Positions 9,859-18,720 of a stretch of DNA of 64,000 nt are shown one piece after another (within the stretch, counting starts at the first letter, position 1; each line of letters starts with the position of its first letter). The position numbers and the translations under genes are program-made. A model generated the notes under the pieces. The model was not told the DNA's origin, did not search any database, and was given only the letters and a program-made list of their open reading frames with translations. The stretch comes from a virus. Location of the stretch: positions 64,001-128,000 of the IMG/VR virus record IMGVR_UViG_3300017971_000207; one strand, written 5' to 3'.

Positions 9859-10470
9859 CTACCTCCTCGCTCCCATGACCAGGTCCTTTAGCGCCCGGTC
9901 GCCGGTGTTACATTGGTTGGGCCCCTCCACAAGCAGCGGGACCATGCGGCCCTTGACAGCCTCCGCGAACGTCCCGAAGTCGGCGTCGATGTCCGCAAAG
10001 GGGATGCGCGTGGTAATGATGGTAGGACGCTTCCAGCCGCCCCGCTGCAACACTAAGCGCTCCAGGTCTCGGGCACCAAGCAAACGGTCCGAAGCGTCGG
10101 CGGGGTCAAGGTCGTCAAGCACCAGCAACGGGACCGCTCGCGCCCGGTCCATCATGGTCTGCTCCTCGTCGAACATCAGGCGCTTCCGAATGCTCTCGCG
10201 GAGGTCCGAGACGGATATCCAGAATACGGGCATCCGGTGGGCCCGCACCTCCTTGGCGATTAACGCGGCAATAGCACTCTTGCCCACCCCAGGAGGACCC
10301 ATTAGCAGCAGCCCCGCACAGGCCGATACCATCTGCGGAGCGCGGCTAAGGTAGCGGGCAACCACCTGCTGCACACTCTCGGGGACCTTTTCCAGCGTAA
10401 CCTCCCACAGCTCTGGTGGAAGCTGCATACGCTCCATGTCCTCGTGATCTATCTCTCGCTTGTCCATCAT
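9859..10470 (-). CDS. DnaC/IstB-like AAA+ helicase loader
   Basis: GPPGVGKS, LLVLDDL and PTIITT motifs; lies between the initiator and dnaB. Confidence 0.88.
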   Translation of the reverse strand: MMDKREIDHEDMERMQLPPELWEVTLEKVPESVQQVVARYLSRAPQMVSACAGLLLMGPPGVGKSAIAALIAKEVRAHRMPVFWISVSDLRESIRKRLMFDEEQTMMDRARAVPLLVLDDLDPADASDRLLGARDLERLVLQRGGWKRPTIITTRIPFADIDADFGTFAEAVKGRMVPLLVEGPNQCNTGDRALKDLVMGARR

Positions 10471-12014
10471 CTCTTCCCTGTTGCCTCCATGTACCGACGC
10501 TTCAGCTCGGGCGGCGCCGGTGTGGTGGGGTTATCCCTGAACCATTGCTCGTATTCCTCTCGAACCCCTGCTGTATCCTGGTGCTGCTGTGCCCGCGGAG
10601 CGAGCATGTCGATTAGCTTGACCACCAGCCGCAACGATGGCGTCTCCTTGGGGTCGAGCGCCTTACGCTTGAGCACCTCCCGCTGCACCTCCTCCCAGCT
10701 CTCCAACACGTAGCGGAACGTTTGCTCCACCACCGCCAGCGTGTGCCCCTCTAGCAGCTCCCGGCACTGCCCATTCTCCCGCTTACCCCACCGCTTGAAC
10801 TGGATCTTCGGCCACCGCTCCTGCAGCCCCTCAGTCCACACAGCCTTGAGGCGGTCTATCTGCTGACGCTCGCCCAGCGTAACCTTCTTGCCATTCAGGT
10901 TCGCCTGCTTCTGCTGTTTGGCCCGAGAACGCTCTATCTGTTGATCACGCCGCCGCTGAGCTTTCTCCTCCTCCTGCGCGACCGTTGCCCTCATACCGGC
11001 CAGGTCCGCGGACCGCAACGCAGTCCCAGGCGGAATATTCCGCCTACGCTCGGCAAGTGTGAGGTAGGTCGCGACGCTCTTAGGCGTGCGGCCGCGAGTG
11101 CCCGAGAGACCAGAAGGCTCCAGCGCGGTAGGTGCAGGTGTAAGGGGGCGCGCGGAAGTGGAAGGAGGGGGCTCCGAGGGGGAAGAGCGGTGAGGGGGGT
11201 TGGGGGGAGAAGAAGGGGCTAAGGCTTCTGACCTCTCGGACACCTGCTGGTCCCCCCCTTCCCCCTGGGGGGTTAGGGGGGATTTCTGAAATTCTATATC
11301 ATTCTCTACTTCTAACCCTTCTCTATTCACTTGTTCCCTTTTGGGAACACCCCCTGTTCCCTTTTGGGAACACCCCCTGTTCCCTTTTGGGAACACCTGA
11401 ACACTTGTCGAGGTGTCCCCTTTTGGTGACACCCCCCTTGCTTGGCGAGTGATGGCCTCGGACGGGACGAAGCGCCTGATAGCCGCTGCGCTCTCTGCCC
11501 CAGTAAGCCGCTGGAGTGACACCTTGATACGCTGCGCCTCGGACACTGCATCTCCTGCGGTCGTATCCTGCTCATCCCACGTGACCTCTCCATACAGGCG
11601 GCAAGCCTCCTCATCAAGCATGGCACAGACACGTTGAAGCCACGCGTCAGCAAAGAAGACCTCGTGCTCACACCCCTTGCTGTCTTGAACACGCTCGCCG
11701 AGCTGATAGACAGGAACCTGCCCCTCCTCCACCTCTATCAGGTTGATCCACCCCAGCGCCTTCATCCGCTGGATGTATCCGTTCAGCTTCGGACGTCCTA
11801 GCCCCAGCTTGTCTCCCAGCTTCGTTTGCGAGATGCGGGCTACCACCAGCCCTCCCCGGACCATGTCGCGCACTTCTCTATGGCCCGACTTGGTGCTGCG
11901 CCAGGTGAAGCGGCGCAGCATCTCGTAGGCAGTGAAGAGCATGGGGCCGAACACGGGGAGCACCCCCGAGTCGTAGAAGCTGAAGGGCTTCTTGATAAAC
12001 TGATCATCAACCAC
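10467..12014 (-). CDS. Probable replication initiator (N-terminal wHTH, internal iterons)
   Basis: wHTH-like ISQTKLGDKLGLGRPKLNGYIQRMKALGWI, a low-complexity linker carrying repeats, and position directly upstream of the loader and helicase genes. Confidence 0.7.
   Translation of the reverse strand: MVDDQFIKKPFSFYDSGVLPVFGPMLFTAYEMLRRFTWRSTKSGHREVRDMVRGGLVVARISQTKLGDKLGLGRPKLNGYIQRMKALGWINLIEVEEGQVPVYQLGERVQDSKGCEHEVFFADAWLQRVCAMLDEEACRLYGEVTWDEQDTTAGDAVSEAQRIKVSLQRLTGAESAAAIRRFVPSEAITRQARGVSPKGDTSTSVQVFPKGNRGCSQKGTGGVPKREQVNREGLEVENDIEFQKSPLTPQGEGGDQQVSERSEALAPSSPPNPPHRSSPSEPPPSTSARPLTPAPTALEPSGLSGTRGRTPKSVATYLTLAERRRNIPPGTALRSADLAGMRATVAQEEEKAQRRRDQQIERSRAKQQKQANLNGKKVTLGERQQIDRLKAVWTEGLQERWPKIQFKRWGKRENGQCRELLEGHTLAVVEQTFRYVLESWEEVQREVLKRKALDPKETPSLRLVVKLIDMLAPRAQQHQDTAGVREEYEQWFRDNPTTPAPPELKRRYMEATGKR
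11282..11432. repeat. Iteron array plus AT-rich tract (candidate origin)
   Basis: TGTTCCCTTTTGGGAACA at 11332, 11355 and 11378 (23-bp period), a degenerate copy at 11413-11432, and an AT/pyrimidine-rich tract at 11282-11331. Confidence 0.75.
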
Positions 12015-12052
12015 GTCGTTTGTCCTTTAGTTGCAAACGCACCTATACCTTC

Positions 12053-12227
12053 GAGGTCGCCCCTAGGCCGAAGGAGGATTTGAGAGTCGATTCAGGCCGG
12101 CGGTATCGGGGGTAGACTCGCCTTGCCTCTCTCAAACCCTTCTTCGACCTAGGGACCTCCTTGGTGGGGTACAGGGAATCGAAACCTGTAGGATCATCAA
12201 GATACCTCCATCCCCGTCGGCGGTCAA
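12053..12227 (-). promoter_or_regulatory. Promoter and structured 5' leader of the initiator operon
   Basis: TTGACC(12227-12222)-17 nt-TATCTT(12204-12199), with hairpins at 12170-12190 and 12053-12159. Confidence 0.6.
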
Positions 12228-12670
12228 GAACAGGCCCGGCACCTCCTCCCTAGAGCAACCTTTACGGCGTCTAGCTCGCCCGCTAAGGCCCAGAGCTGCT
12301 CTCGGGCAGGGTCGGTAGCCTCCAGCTCCTGCGCGGCCCTGTAGACGTCATCTCGGGCGTCCGAGAGCAACGCGAAGAGCAGGTCTCGCTGGAAGGGGGT
12401 AATATCGGGCCCCTCCGGTGGAGGCTTTGGAGCGACGAGCTTGATGGTGTGGGCACCGTCAAAGAAGAGCTCGCTGGCGACCCGCAGGCAGCGCTCCAGC
12501 TCCTCGGGAGAAAGCTTCATAAAGCGTAGAGCTCGATCAGCCGCCTCTAGGCTGGACACCACCAGCTCGACACCCGGCACAGCTCCGTAAATCTCTAGCT
12601 CGTGCTCTCGCGGGAGCCCCACAGTGTTCGAGAACTGTTGGGCTGGTAGGTTATTGCCTGGGCTGCTCAT
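12224..12670 (-). CDS. Hypothetical protein
   Basis: 148 aa, ATGA-coupled to the upstream gene. Confidence 0.6.
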   Translation of the reverse strand: MSSPGNNLPAQQFSNTVGLPREHELEIYGAVPGVELVVSSLEAADRALRFMKLSPEELERCLRVASELFFDGAHTIKLVAPKPPPEGPDITPFQRDLLFALLSDARDDVYRAAQELEATDPAREQLWALAGELDAVKVALGRRCRACS

Positions 12671-13338
12671 AGGTCCTCGAATGGTACGGAGGGGGTGGGA
12701 GGTGGAGCGGGCTTGGGGGCCGCCTTGAAGCAGCTAAGGTGGACGCCGTAGCATTCGACACCGGGGCGCAGCATGACCACCTCCTGCGGGAGGATGACAC
12801 CACGGCAGACAACACAGGCCCCTGTTTTCTTGGCGCGGCGACTTGCCCAATAGTGTCCATCGTAGTCCCCGCCTCTGGCGTGGTGCTGCCCCTCCACATA
12901 GCGACGGCGCTCGTTTAGGCAGCTTCGGTGGAGATAGATACTTTCAGTAGGAGAGGAGCAGACCGCTATCACCTCTCGGGCGTGATAAGGCTTCAGGCAG
13001 CTGTCACATGCACCACCGACCCCTCGGGCTTGAATGTGCCAGCTGGTTCCCCCAAACCCTAGAGTGACCGTCGGGGAGGTGCCAGGAGGGGGAGAGGCTC
13101 TTGGATGGTTAGGACGCACACGGGCCTCCCAGCCAGCCACGATGTCGTAGAGATCATCAATATCTTCCCCAAGCCCGGTAGGCGCCTGAGCGTTGGGCAG
13201 CCTGACGGTCATGCCGTGCTTGTCCATCAACTGCAGAGCGAGCACGGCGCAGGTCCGCGACTCCTCGGCGCTGTCGGTCACTAAGGAACGGTGAATAAGG
13301 TCATTCACCTTACCCAGGGCCTTCTGCTTATCGCTCAT
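12667..13338 (-). CDS. DUF2786-like N-terminus plus two CxxC..HxxC zinc fingers
   Basis: KVNDLIHRS...EESRTCAVLALQLMDKHGM; CDSC...HRSC; CVVC...HLSC. Confidence 0.6.
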   Translation of the reverse strand: MSDKQKALGKVNDLIHRSLVTDSAEESRTCAVLALQLMDKHGMTVRLPNAQAPTGLGEDIDDLYDIVAGWEARVRPNHPRASPPPGTSPTVTLGFGGTSWHIQARGVGGACDSCLKPYHAREVIAVCSSPTESIYLHRSCLNERRRYVEGQHHARGGDYDGHYWASRRAKKTGACVVCRGVILPQEVVMLRPGVECYGVHLSCFKAAPKPAPPPTPSVPFEDL

Positions 13339-13344
13339 GGACTG

Positions 13345-13626
13345 CTAGTGAGAGTGGCTATGGATCCAGCCACGCCCCTCACATTCTGGGCACTGCTGAA
13401 CCGATGTTAAAGCCCACCGCCCGTCTAGAACCTGGAGAGCCCCCCGTCGACGCAGGCGCTGCAGCGTCCGCGACAGCTCGCGATTGTCCATCCCTAGCTC
13501 TTGGCGCAGCTCCTTACTCCCTTTGGGGCGCAGCCGTAGCGCCCCCTGAATGCTCTGCTCTACCCTCTCTGGGCTAACTACCGCGTGCTCTGTGCCTTGC
13601 TCCTCGCTCGTCTGCTTCTTGCTCAT
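13345..13626 (-). CDS. Small wHTH protein with a CxxCxGxG motif
   Basis: SKELRQELGMDNRELSRTLQRLRRRGAL and CPECEGRG; GGAGG RBS. Confidence 0.6.
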   Translation of the reverse strand: MSKKQTSEEQGTEHAVVSPERVEQSIQGALRLRPKGSKELRQELGMDNRELSRTLQRLRRRGALQVLDGRWALTSVQQCPECEGRGWIHSHSH

Positions 13627-13659
13627 TGCTGCCTCCAATAGGCGACCATGTGGTCGCAC

Positions 13660-14136
13660 CTAGAAGAGACCGTCCACCTCATCCCCCACCGGGGTTTCTT
13701 CGGCCTCTGTGATCTTTGCAGGTGTACCCCTCACCCGCATCATAACGGCTGGGGATAGCTGAACGTAATAAACCGGGAGTTCTGCAGGAGCGCCCGTGTG
13801 AGATTCGAAGAGATGGCGGACTGCCCCTCTGAAGCAGCGGCCGCAGTAGGGACCACCGAGCCGTCCTTGGGGGTCGGCACCTACGCCACCGCTCAACCCT
13901 ACCCATAGTAAGCGCTTAGGGTCGAGGGTCCGGCAGGTCTTACAGCGGACGGAGACAACTGGGGCGTTCGTGCGCATAACGCCCCGCATGTCCTGGTAGA
14001 TCGCTGCCACCAGCTCAGGATGAGCCCGCCACTGCTTAAGGTTCACCTTCCCGACCAGCGACCCCAGCCGAACATCGAGCCTCTTCCCACAGTCGTCGCA
14101 TACCCCTTTCGGGCCTGTGTAAAGCGTCTGTGGCAT
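13660..14136 (-). CDS. Cys-rich hypothetical protein
   Basis: Three CxxC pairs; operonic. Confidence 0.6.
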   Translation of the reverse strand: MPQTLYTGPKGVCDDCGKRLDVRLGSLVGKVNLKQWRAHPELVAAIYQDMRGVMRTNAPVVSVRCKTCRTLDPKRLLWVGLSGGVGADPQGRLGGPYCGRCFRGAVRHLFESHTGAPAELPVYYVQLSPAVMMRVRGTPAKITEAEETPVGDEVDGLF

Positions 14137-14138
14137 TA

Positions 14139-16064
14139 CTACCTCCGGCGCAGGAACTGGATAAAGCTGGACGAGACCAGCTGGACGAGGTCGGAGCCTA
14201 TGCGCTCAGCTCGAACTCGCCGCCAAAAGCGCTGCGGCCCAAACATATAGGACAGCTGAGACGGCTCTAGGTCAAAGCGCGTAGGGAAACCGGGCCCCAT
14301 CCGAGACCCGAGGAGAATGCCAGTAACGCCGATCCCCTGAGCCCGTGCCTGCTGCACCTCTTTGCGAACAAAGCGCATTAGCTGAGGAGTGCCGAACGTC
14401 TTCCCGTCACGCCGTCGATGGGTAGGGAACCCATCAGTGACTATGAAGATATGCTTGACCTCGGTTCCACAGCGCAGCTCCTTAACGGCCAGCCGTATAG
14501 CAACGTGGAGCGGGGTACCACCCCCGGCCCCCTTGTCCCCCATCGAGAGCACAGCATCCTTGTGGGAATCATAGCGGGTGATGGTTATCTGGCCAGGCTC
14601 CTGAGAGGAGAAGCCCCAAACCAGACTCTCTACGAAGGGGAAGCGCAGCGCTCGGTTGAGGATGTTGTAGGCAGAGCGGCACTGAATCGTTTTGCTGTGA
14701 CCCATAGAGCTGGAGCGGTCTAGAAGAAGGATGGACCGAAAGCCTTGCCCCCTAGCCTCCGAGCGAAAGCAAGGGACCGGCACACCTGTTACGTGGCGCT
14801 CCAGATAGGCGCCAACGTCCACCCTCGTCCCGCTCTCCTCTAGCGCCGAGGCACGTCGCCCCAGCACGCGGTAAAACTGGGCCCGCAGGCGCCGAATGGT
14901 TCGGCGTTCGTCGGGGTACACGTTCACCGAACCTTCGCGATCGTGGTCAATGAAGGTGACCTTCGCCATGGCGTCCTTCTGTAGCCACGCATCGCGACGA
15001 ACAACCTGCTTCATCTCCTGCAGGACCTGTGCAATCAGGTCCTGCATGCGGTCCTCAGACCGCGCTAGCTCCGCGTCAAACACATCACCGTCACCAACCG
15101 GAGCACACAGAGCTTTAGAGGCCAGAGCCTGCGACCGCGGAGATGTCCGAGACCGGACATAGCTCGACTCGCGCATCAGGCCCTCCAGGGCCTCCGGAGC
15201 GTCGCCGCTGTCTGCTAGAACTCTTGATAGGGCCTGCGCCCTCTCACGGCCAGAGACGGCCTGCGGGGCCTCGGGGTGCCACGGCTGCTGCTCCCCACTT
15301 TCCGCGCTGGCGCTCTCGTCCTCCTTACCGTCTGATGATCCCTCCTCATTGTCCCCGTCTCCCCTCTGCGGACAGGAGGGAGGGGGCTCGCCGCGGGTCT
15401 CACGGATTATCTGATTCACCAGCTGCACGACCAGCCACTTGCTCACCATCAAGGTGGCAGTAAAGTCGCGACCACACACCTTTCGGAACGCCTCCAGTAT
15501 GTATGGCTCGAAGCAGTCTAGGTCCCCAGGCGCCACGCCCTCTGGGTCCCCGCTCAGGCAGGTTACGTAGGAGAGCAGGCCCTCATGGGCCTCGGGCAAT
15601 ATCTCCGCGACAGCCTCACGATCGAGGTCTCTGATGATATCTCTGCTCCCGGCGTATAGCAGTCCCCACAGGGAGAGCACCCGGCGTCGCTCCAGCTGCG
15701 CGATGATATGTCCTAGCAGCTGGCGAACATCCTCCAAGGCAATGGGGACTCCCAGCTTTTCTCCTACCTTCTGCACCTTCTCGGTGTAGGTCTCCACGAA
15801 GAGGCGGGCGGCTTGAGGGTCGCTCTTGAAAAGAATATGCGCTAACTGCAGCTCAACCAGCCGGTAAAAGCTGGAGTGGAAGAAGGGCGCTCTTATCTCG
15901 TGGCCGTCCGTCCCCGGCACGTCGGCGTGGCGCAGCCACAGCTTGCGTTTGGTAATACCCGCAAACATGTCCACGGTCTTGTAGGCCACTGAGCGGGTGG
16001 TCTCATATGCTCGGAGAGCCTCCCGACGCTCTGGAGATAATTCGGCGGCAGCGTCCGGGGTCAT
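14139..16064 (-). CDS. vWA-domain protein (CobT/NorD-like MoxR partner)
   Basis: MIDAS DRSSS, GGTPL, VTDG; acidic linker; directly downstream of the MoxR ATPase. Confidence 0.88.
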   Translation of the reverse strand: MTPDAAAELSPERREALRAYETTRSVAYKTVDMFAGITKRKLWLRHADVPGTDGHEIRAPFFHSSFYRLVELQLAHILFKSDPQAARLFVETYTEKVQKVGEKLGVPIALEDVRQLLGHIIAQLERRRVLSLWGLLYAGSRDIIRDLDREAVAEILPEAHEGLLSYVTCLSGDPEGVAPGDLDCFEPYILEAFRKVCGRDFTATLMVSKWLVVQLVNQIIRETRGEPPPSCPQRGDGDNEEGSSDGKEDESASAESGEQQPWHPEAPQAVSGRERAQALSRVLADSGDAPEALEGLMRESSYVRSRTSPRSQALASKALCAPVGDGDVFDAELARSEDRMQDLIAQVLQEMKQVVRRDAWLQKDAMAKVTFIDHDREGSVNVYPDERRTIRRLRAQFYRVLGRRASALEESGTRVDVGAYLERHVTGVPVPCFRSEARGQGFRSILLLDRSSSMGHSKTIQCRSAYNILNRALRFPFVESLVWGFSSQEPGQITITRYDSHKDAVLSMGDKGAGGGTPLHVAIRLAVKELRCGTEVKHIFIVTDGFPTHRRRDGKTFGTPQLMRFVRKEVQQARAQGIGVTGILLGSRMGPGFPTRFDLEPSQLSYMFGPQRFWRRVRAERIGSDLVQLVSSSFIQFLRRR

Positions 16065-18109
16065 CTCTTCTTCCCGTTGAGGTCTACCTTGAATATCGAG
16101 GTGATGCGCTCCCGGACCGTGGCTTTGTCTGTCCCCTCGAACTTACCGACGACGATGCGCAGCGCGCGGGTTAGGTCCAGAGCTGCAATATCCTCCAGAA
16201 GCTGCACGACATCACGAGGGCTGAGGGCATAGTCCAAGGAAGCCTGGCGAGTCTCGTGCGCGAGCGTCATAACCTGCTTGACCACCTCTTTTCGAACGCC
16301 CCCGTTGAGCACAGCATCCAAGATCTTCTTCTCGCTGGTGGGATTGGGGTAGTCGACCGAGATAACCCTAAAACGAGACTTCAGATCCTCATTGAGCGCG
16401 TACACGCCGCCGTATACCGCCGTGTTCATTGTCCCGGTAACCCACAGCTCCTTACCGGGCTGCAGCTTAAACACCTTCTGCGCCTCGGGCACCTCCACCC
16501 GGCAACGCCAATCTGCTACCGCGTTAAGGATCTTCTGGCTCTGGGGTGAAAGCGAGTTATGCGTACCAAGCCCGTTGGCAAAGTATGTATGAGTCCCCGT
16601 GAGACCTATCTCTCGTAAGGGTGTTGGGGTCCTGTTGACTACCACTCTTTGTACAGTTACCCATCGAGGAACGTCCTCACCGCCCGACGTATTAGGTCTG
16701 GGCTTTTCAGATCCTCTTCCGATAGTCTCAACACTGTATAGCCCATGCTGGTGTAGGCTGCCGTCTCTGCCTCGCGCTGCTCTTTCGGGTGCCAGTAAGC
16801 CCCATCTACCAGCAGTACCTTCTTTCCCCTGGCAATGAAGTCGGGATTGAGGTGCCTCCCATCGGGGGTCGTCAACCATCTGCTGCCGTCGCCGACATAG
16901 TGAACCGGAAGACCTTCTAGGATGCTCATAGCCTTCCGCTCCAGTGCTGTGGGAAGCTCCGCATTCCACCCCGCATGTACAAACTGTATCTTGGCCTCGG
17001 GGTGCGCCTTCAGGTACGCCTTCCGCTTCGCCGACATATTCTGCCTGTGTGCGGGGTCGGACCATATTCTCTGAGCGCGTTCCGAGGCCAAGGCGCGACC
17101 TTTGGGACTCCGCCAAAACGCTGCGGTGGCTTGGCCACCTCGTGCTGCAGCCTCGCGGAACTCGGGGGACCGACAAACTGCCAAACGTTTGGCCCGCCTC
17201 TCCTCGTCGGCCCACTCTTTCTTCATCTGTCGCCTTTTGGTAGCAGCCATCTTTGCCCGCGTGGTTGGGTCCTCGTGCGGGCGCAAATTTCTCAGGAAGG
17301 CTGACATGCCCTCGCGGTACTCTTTGTCCTTCCACCTTTCGCGCATAGCCCTGGAGCGTTTTGCGCGAGCCTCCGGCGTCCTCGCCTTTGCTTGGACGTC
17401 CGGGCGACGTCCCGGATTGTCTCCGTGCGCCATACGTTCGTGAGCTCTTAAGGCCCGCAGGTCCCTCTTCACGCAGCCGCAAGTTTTGCAGGTGTAAGAT
17501 TCGGTCGCCTTCGCGGATGTCTTCGGCATAGGACCAACCTCGTGCGGTCCAAAAAAGGTGGTTACCGCTAGCAGTTATCCTACGCTCACCACAATCTAGT
17601 GTAAAGGAGGTGTTAGCCCATTCATCTCGGACCTCTACCACCGTCTCGATGCCTTGTTGACCAGAGGGTCCGAAGCTCACCACAGCGTCTCCCACCTGGA
17701 CGCGTTCTATAGGCACTTGGAGACCCGAAGGCAGCATTACGTTGGAGGATGGGTGTATGCAATTGATCTCCTCTAGGCAGAGGATACAGCGGCCAACCTC
17801 ATTGGCCACCTCGAAGGCGTTGGTTATGGGCCCTAGAACAAAAGGGGTCGAGCCCCCTCGGATGATGTGCATCCCCAGCAGATGAGAGCGCCGCACATCC
17901 TCTGAGCAGTCAAAGGTGATGATCGGGCTCCGTACCTTGTTAGCGTAGTGCTGGATGGAGAGTGTTTTCCCTACCCCCTTCGGACCACACACAATTGCGG
18001 GTGCCCGAAAGGCTAGCCCATCATACAGAGGGAGCAGGTCCAGGGCGTCGATGTAGGTAACCTGCTTCGGAGCGAAGCTGTCTGCGGGCAAACTTAGAAT
18101 ATCGCTCAT
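16061..18109 (-). CDS. MoxR/CbbQ-type AAA+ ATPase with intein
   Basis: GPKGVGKT, Walker B ILCLEEIN|S, GTMN, LNEDLKSRF, LSPRD. Confidence 0.9.
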   Translation of the reverse strand: MSDILSLPADSFAPKQVTYIDALDLLPLYDGLAFRAPAIVCGPKGVGKTLSIQHYANKVRSPIITFDCSEDVRRSHLLGMHIIRGGSTPFVLGPITNAFEVANEVGRCILCLEEINCIHPSSNVMLPSGLQVPIERVQVGDAVVSFGPSGQQGIETVVEVRDEWANTSFTLDCGERRITASGNHLFWTARGWSYAEDIREGDRILHLQNLRLREEGPAGLKSSRTYGARRQSGTSPGRPSKGEDAGGSRKTLQGYARKVEGQRVPRGHVSLPEKFAPARGPNHAGKDGCYQKATDEERVGRRGEAGQTFGSLSVPRVPRGCSTRWPSHRSVLAESQRSRLGLGTRSENMVRPRTQAEYVGEAEGVPEGAPRGQDTVCTCGVECGASHSTGAEGYEHPRRSSGSLCRRRQQMVDDPRWEAPQSRLHCQGKEGTAGRWGLLAPERAARGRDGSLHQHGLYSVETIGRGSEKPRPNTSGGEDVPRWVTVQRVVVNRTPTPLREIGLTGTHTYFANGLGTHNSLSPQSQKILNAVADWRCRVEVPEAQKVFKLQPGKELWVTGTMNTAVYGGVYALNEDLKSRFRVISVDYPNPTSEKKILDAVLNGGVRKEVVKQVMTLAHETRQASLDYALSPRDVVQLLEDIAALDLTRALRIVVGKFEGTDKATVRERITSIFKVDLNGKKR
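16556..17761 (-). mobile_element. Intein (402 aa) with an out-of-frame nested endonuclease gene
   Basis: CIHPSSNV...ASGNH (block B)...IGLTGTHTYFANGLGTHN|S. The middle has no recognisable in-frame domain. Confidence 0.88.
16657..17529 (-). CDS. Nested putative homing endonuclease: C2H2 finger, NUMOD3-like helices, Vsr/DUF559-like nuclease
   Basis: CKTC-x12-HERMAH; basic repeats such as TPEARAKRSRAMRERWKD; C-terminal PTALE...PDFI...VDGAYWH...MGYTVLRLSEEDL; GAGGT SD upstream of the ATG. Confidence 0.82.
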   Translation of the reverse strand: MPKTSAKATESYTCKTCGCVKRDLRALRAHERMAHGDNPGRRPDVQAKARTPEARAKRSRAMRERWKDKEYREGMSAFLRNLRPHEDPTTRAKMAATKRRQMKKEWADEERRAKRLAVCRSPEFREAAARGGQATAAFWRSPKGRALASERAQRIWSDPAHRQNMSAKRKAYLKAHPEAKIQFVHAGWNAELPTALERKAMSILEGLPVHYVGDGSRWLTTPDGRHLNPDFIARGKKVLLVDGAYWHPKEQREAETAAYTSMGYTVLRLSEEDLKSPDLIRRAVRTFLDG

Positions 18110-18120
18110 CGCTCAGCTCC

Positions 18121-18678
18121 TCAGCAGTAGAAGGTCAAAAGACGCCCATAGGGTCCCTGAGCTGCCTCGTGCGCCGGAGACTCCTGGAACTCGCCAACAG
18201 TGCGGGCGCCCTCGACGGTTATGATGGGCGCGACCCACACCCGCGTCTGGGGCCGAAAGCCGAGATGCGTGAATACTGCTAGCAGCGCGGGCTGCGGAGC
18301 GACCGGCTGTGTGTCTGCCAGGGCTAAGCCCAGCAGGTCATCAATATCTTCCGAGACGCTTTCCCCGAGGGGAACCTCATCAACCGTCTCATAGATGGTC
18401 AGAACGCCCACCGCCTTGGTCACCTCCGCAAAGCGGCCAACCGCTGCTTGGTGATCCTCCAGAGATAGCTGCTTGCGCTCCACTGCCAGAACCTTAACCC
18501 CAATAGGCTCGCCGTCTGGGTCCGTGGTAGCCAACAGCCACGAGGCCACGGGCAACCTTCCCCGCTGCGTTAATCTTAGCTGCGCCTGTGCAAAGGCCAC
18601 CTCCGCAAAACGCTCCGCGCCTCTGAGCGTGTGCAGATCCTCCGGTAACCTTGGTCGTGTTGTCACTGCTAGTCCCAT
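18121..18678 (-). CDS. Hypothetical protein
   Basis: 185 aa; TTGACA-17-TATCTT promoter ends 6 nt before the ATG. Confidence 0.65.
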   Translation of the reverse strand: MGLAVTTRPRLPEDLHTLRGAERFAEVAFAQAQLRLTQRGRLPVASWLLATTDPDGEPIGVKVLAVERKQLSLEDHQAAVGRFAEVTKAVGVLTIYETVDEVPLGESVSEDIDDLLGLALADTQPVAPQPALLAVFTHLGFRPQTRVWVAPIITVEGARTVGEFQESPAHEAAQGPYGRLLTFYC

Positions 18679-18720
18679 GCTGCGAAGATAATATGTAACC
18701 TCGCGATTGTCAAGCGAGGC

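Noticed and set aside
11332-11395. Possible mini-CRISPR (palindromic repeats)
   Set aside because: The spacers are identical 5-bp C runs and the array is inside a CDS; iterons fit better.
12161-12190. tRNA-like 3' end on the minus strand (GGTTTCGATTCCCTG...CCACCA)
   Set aside because: The T-stem has a mismatch at the conserved G53-C61 pair, and no matching acceptor 5' strand, D arm or anticodon arm lies upstream (that sequence is a promoter). Treated as part of the leader.
17545-17560. CTT TTT T run as a +1 frameshift site into the nested endonuclease
   Set aside because: The nested ORF has its own SD and ATG, and a shifted product would lack the C-terminal splicing block. No further support.
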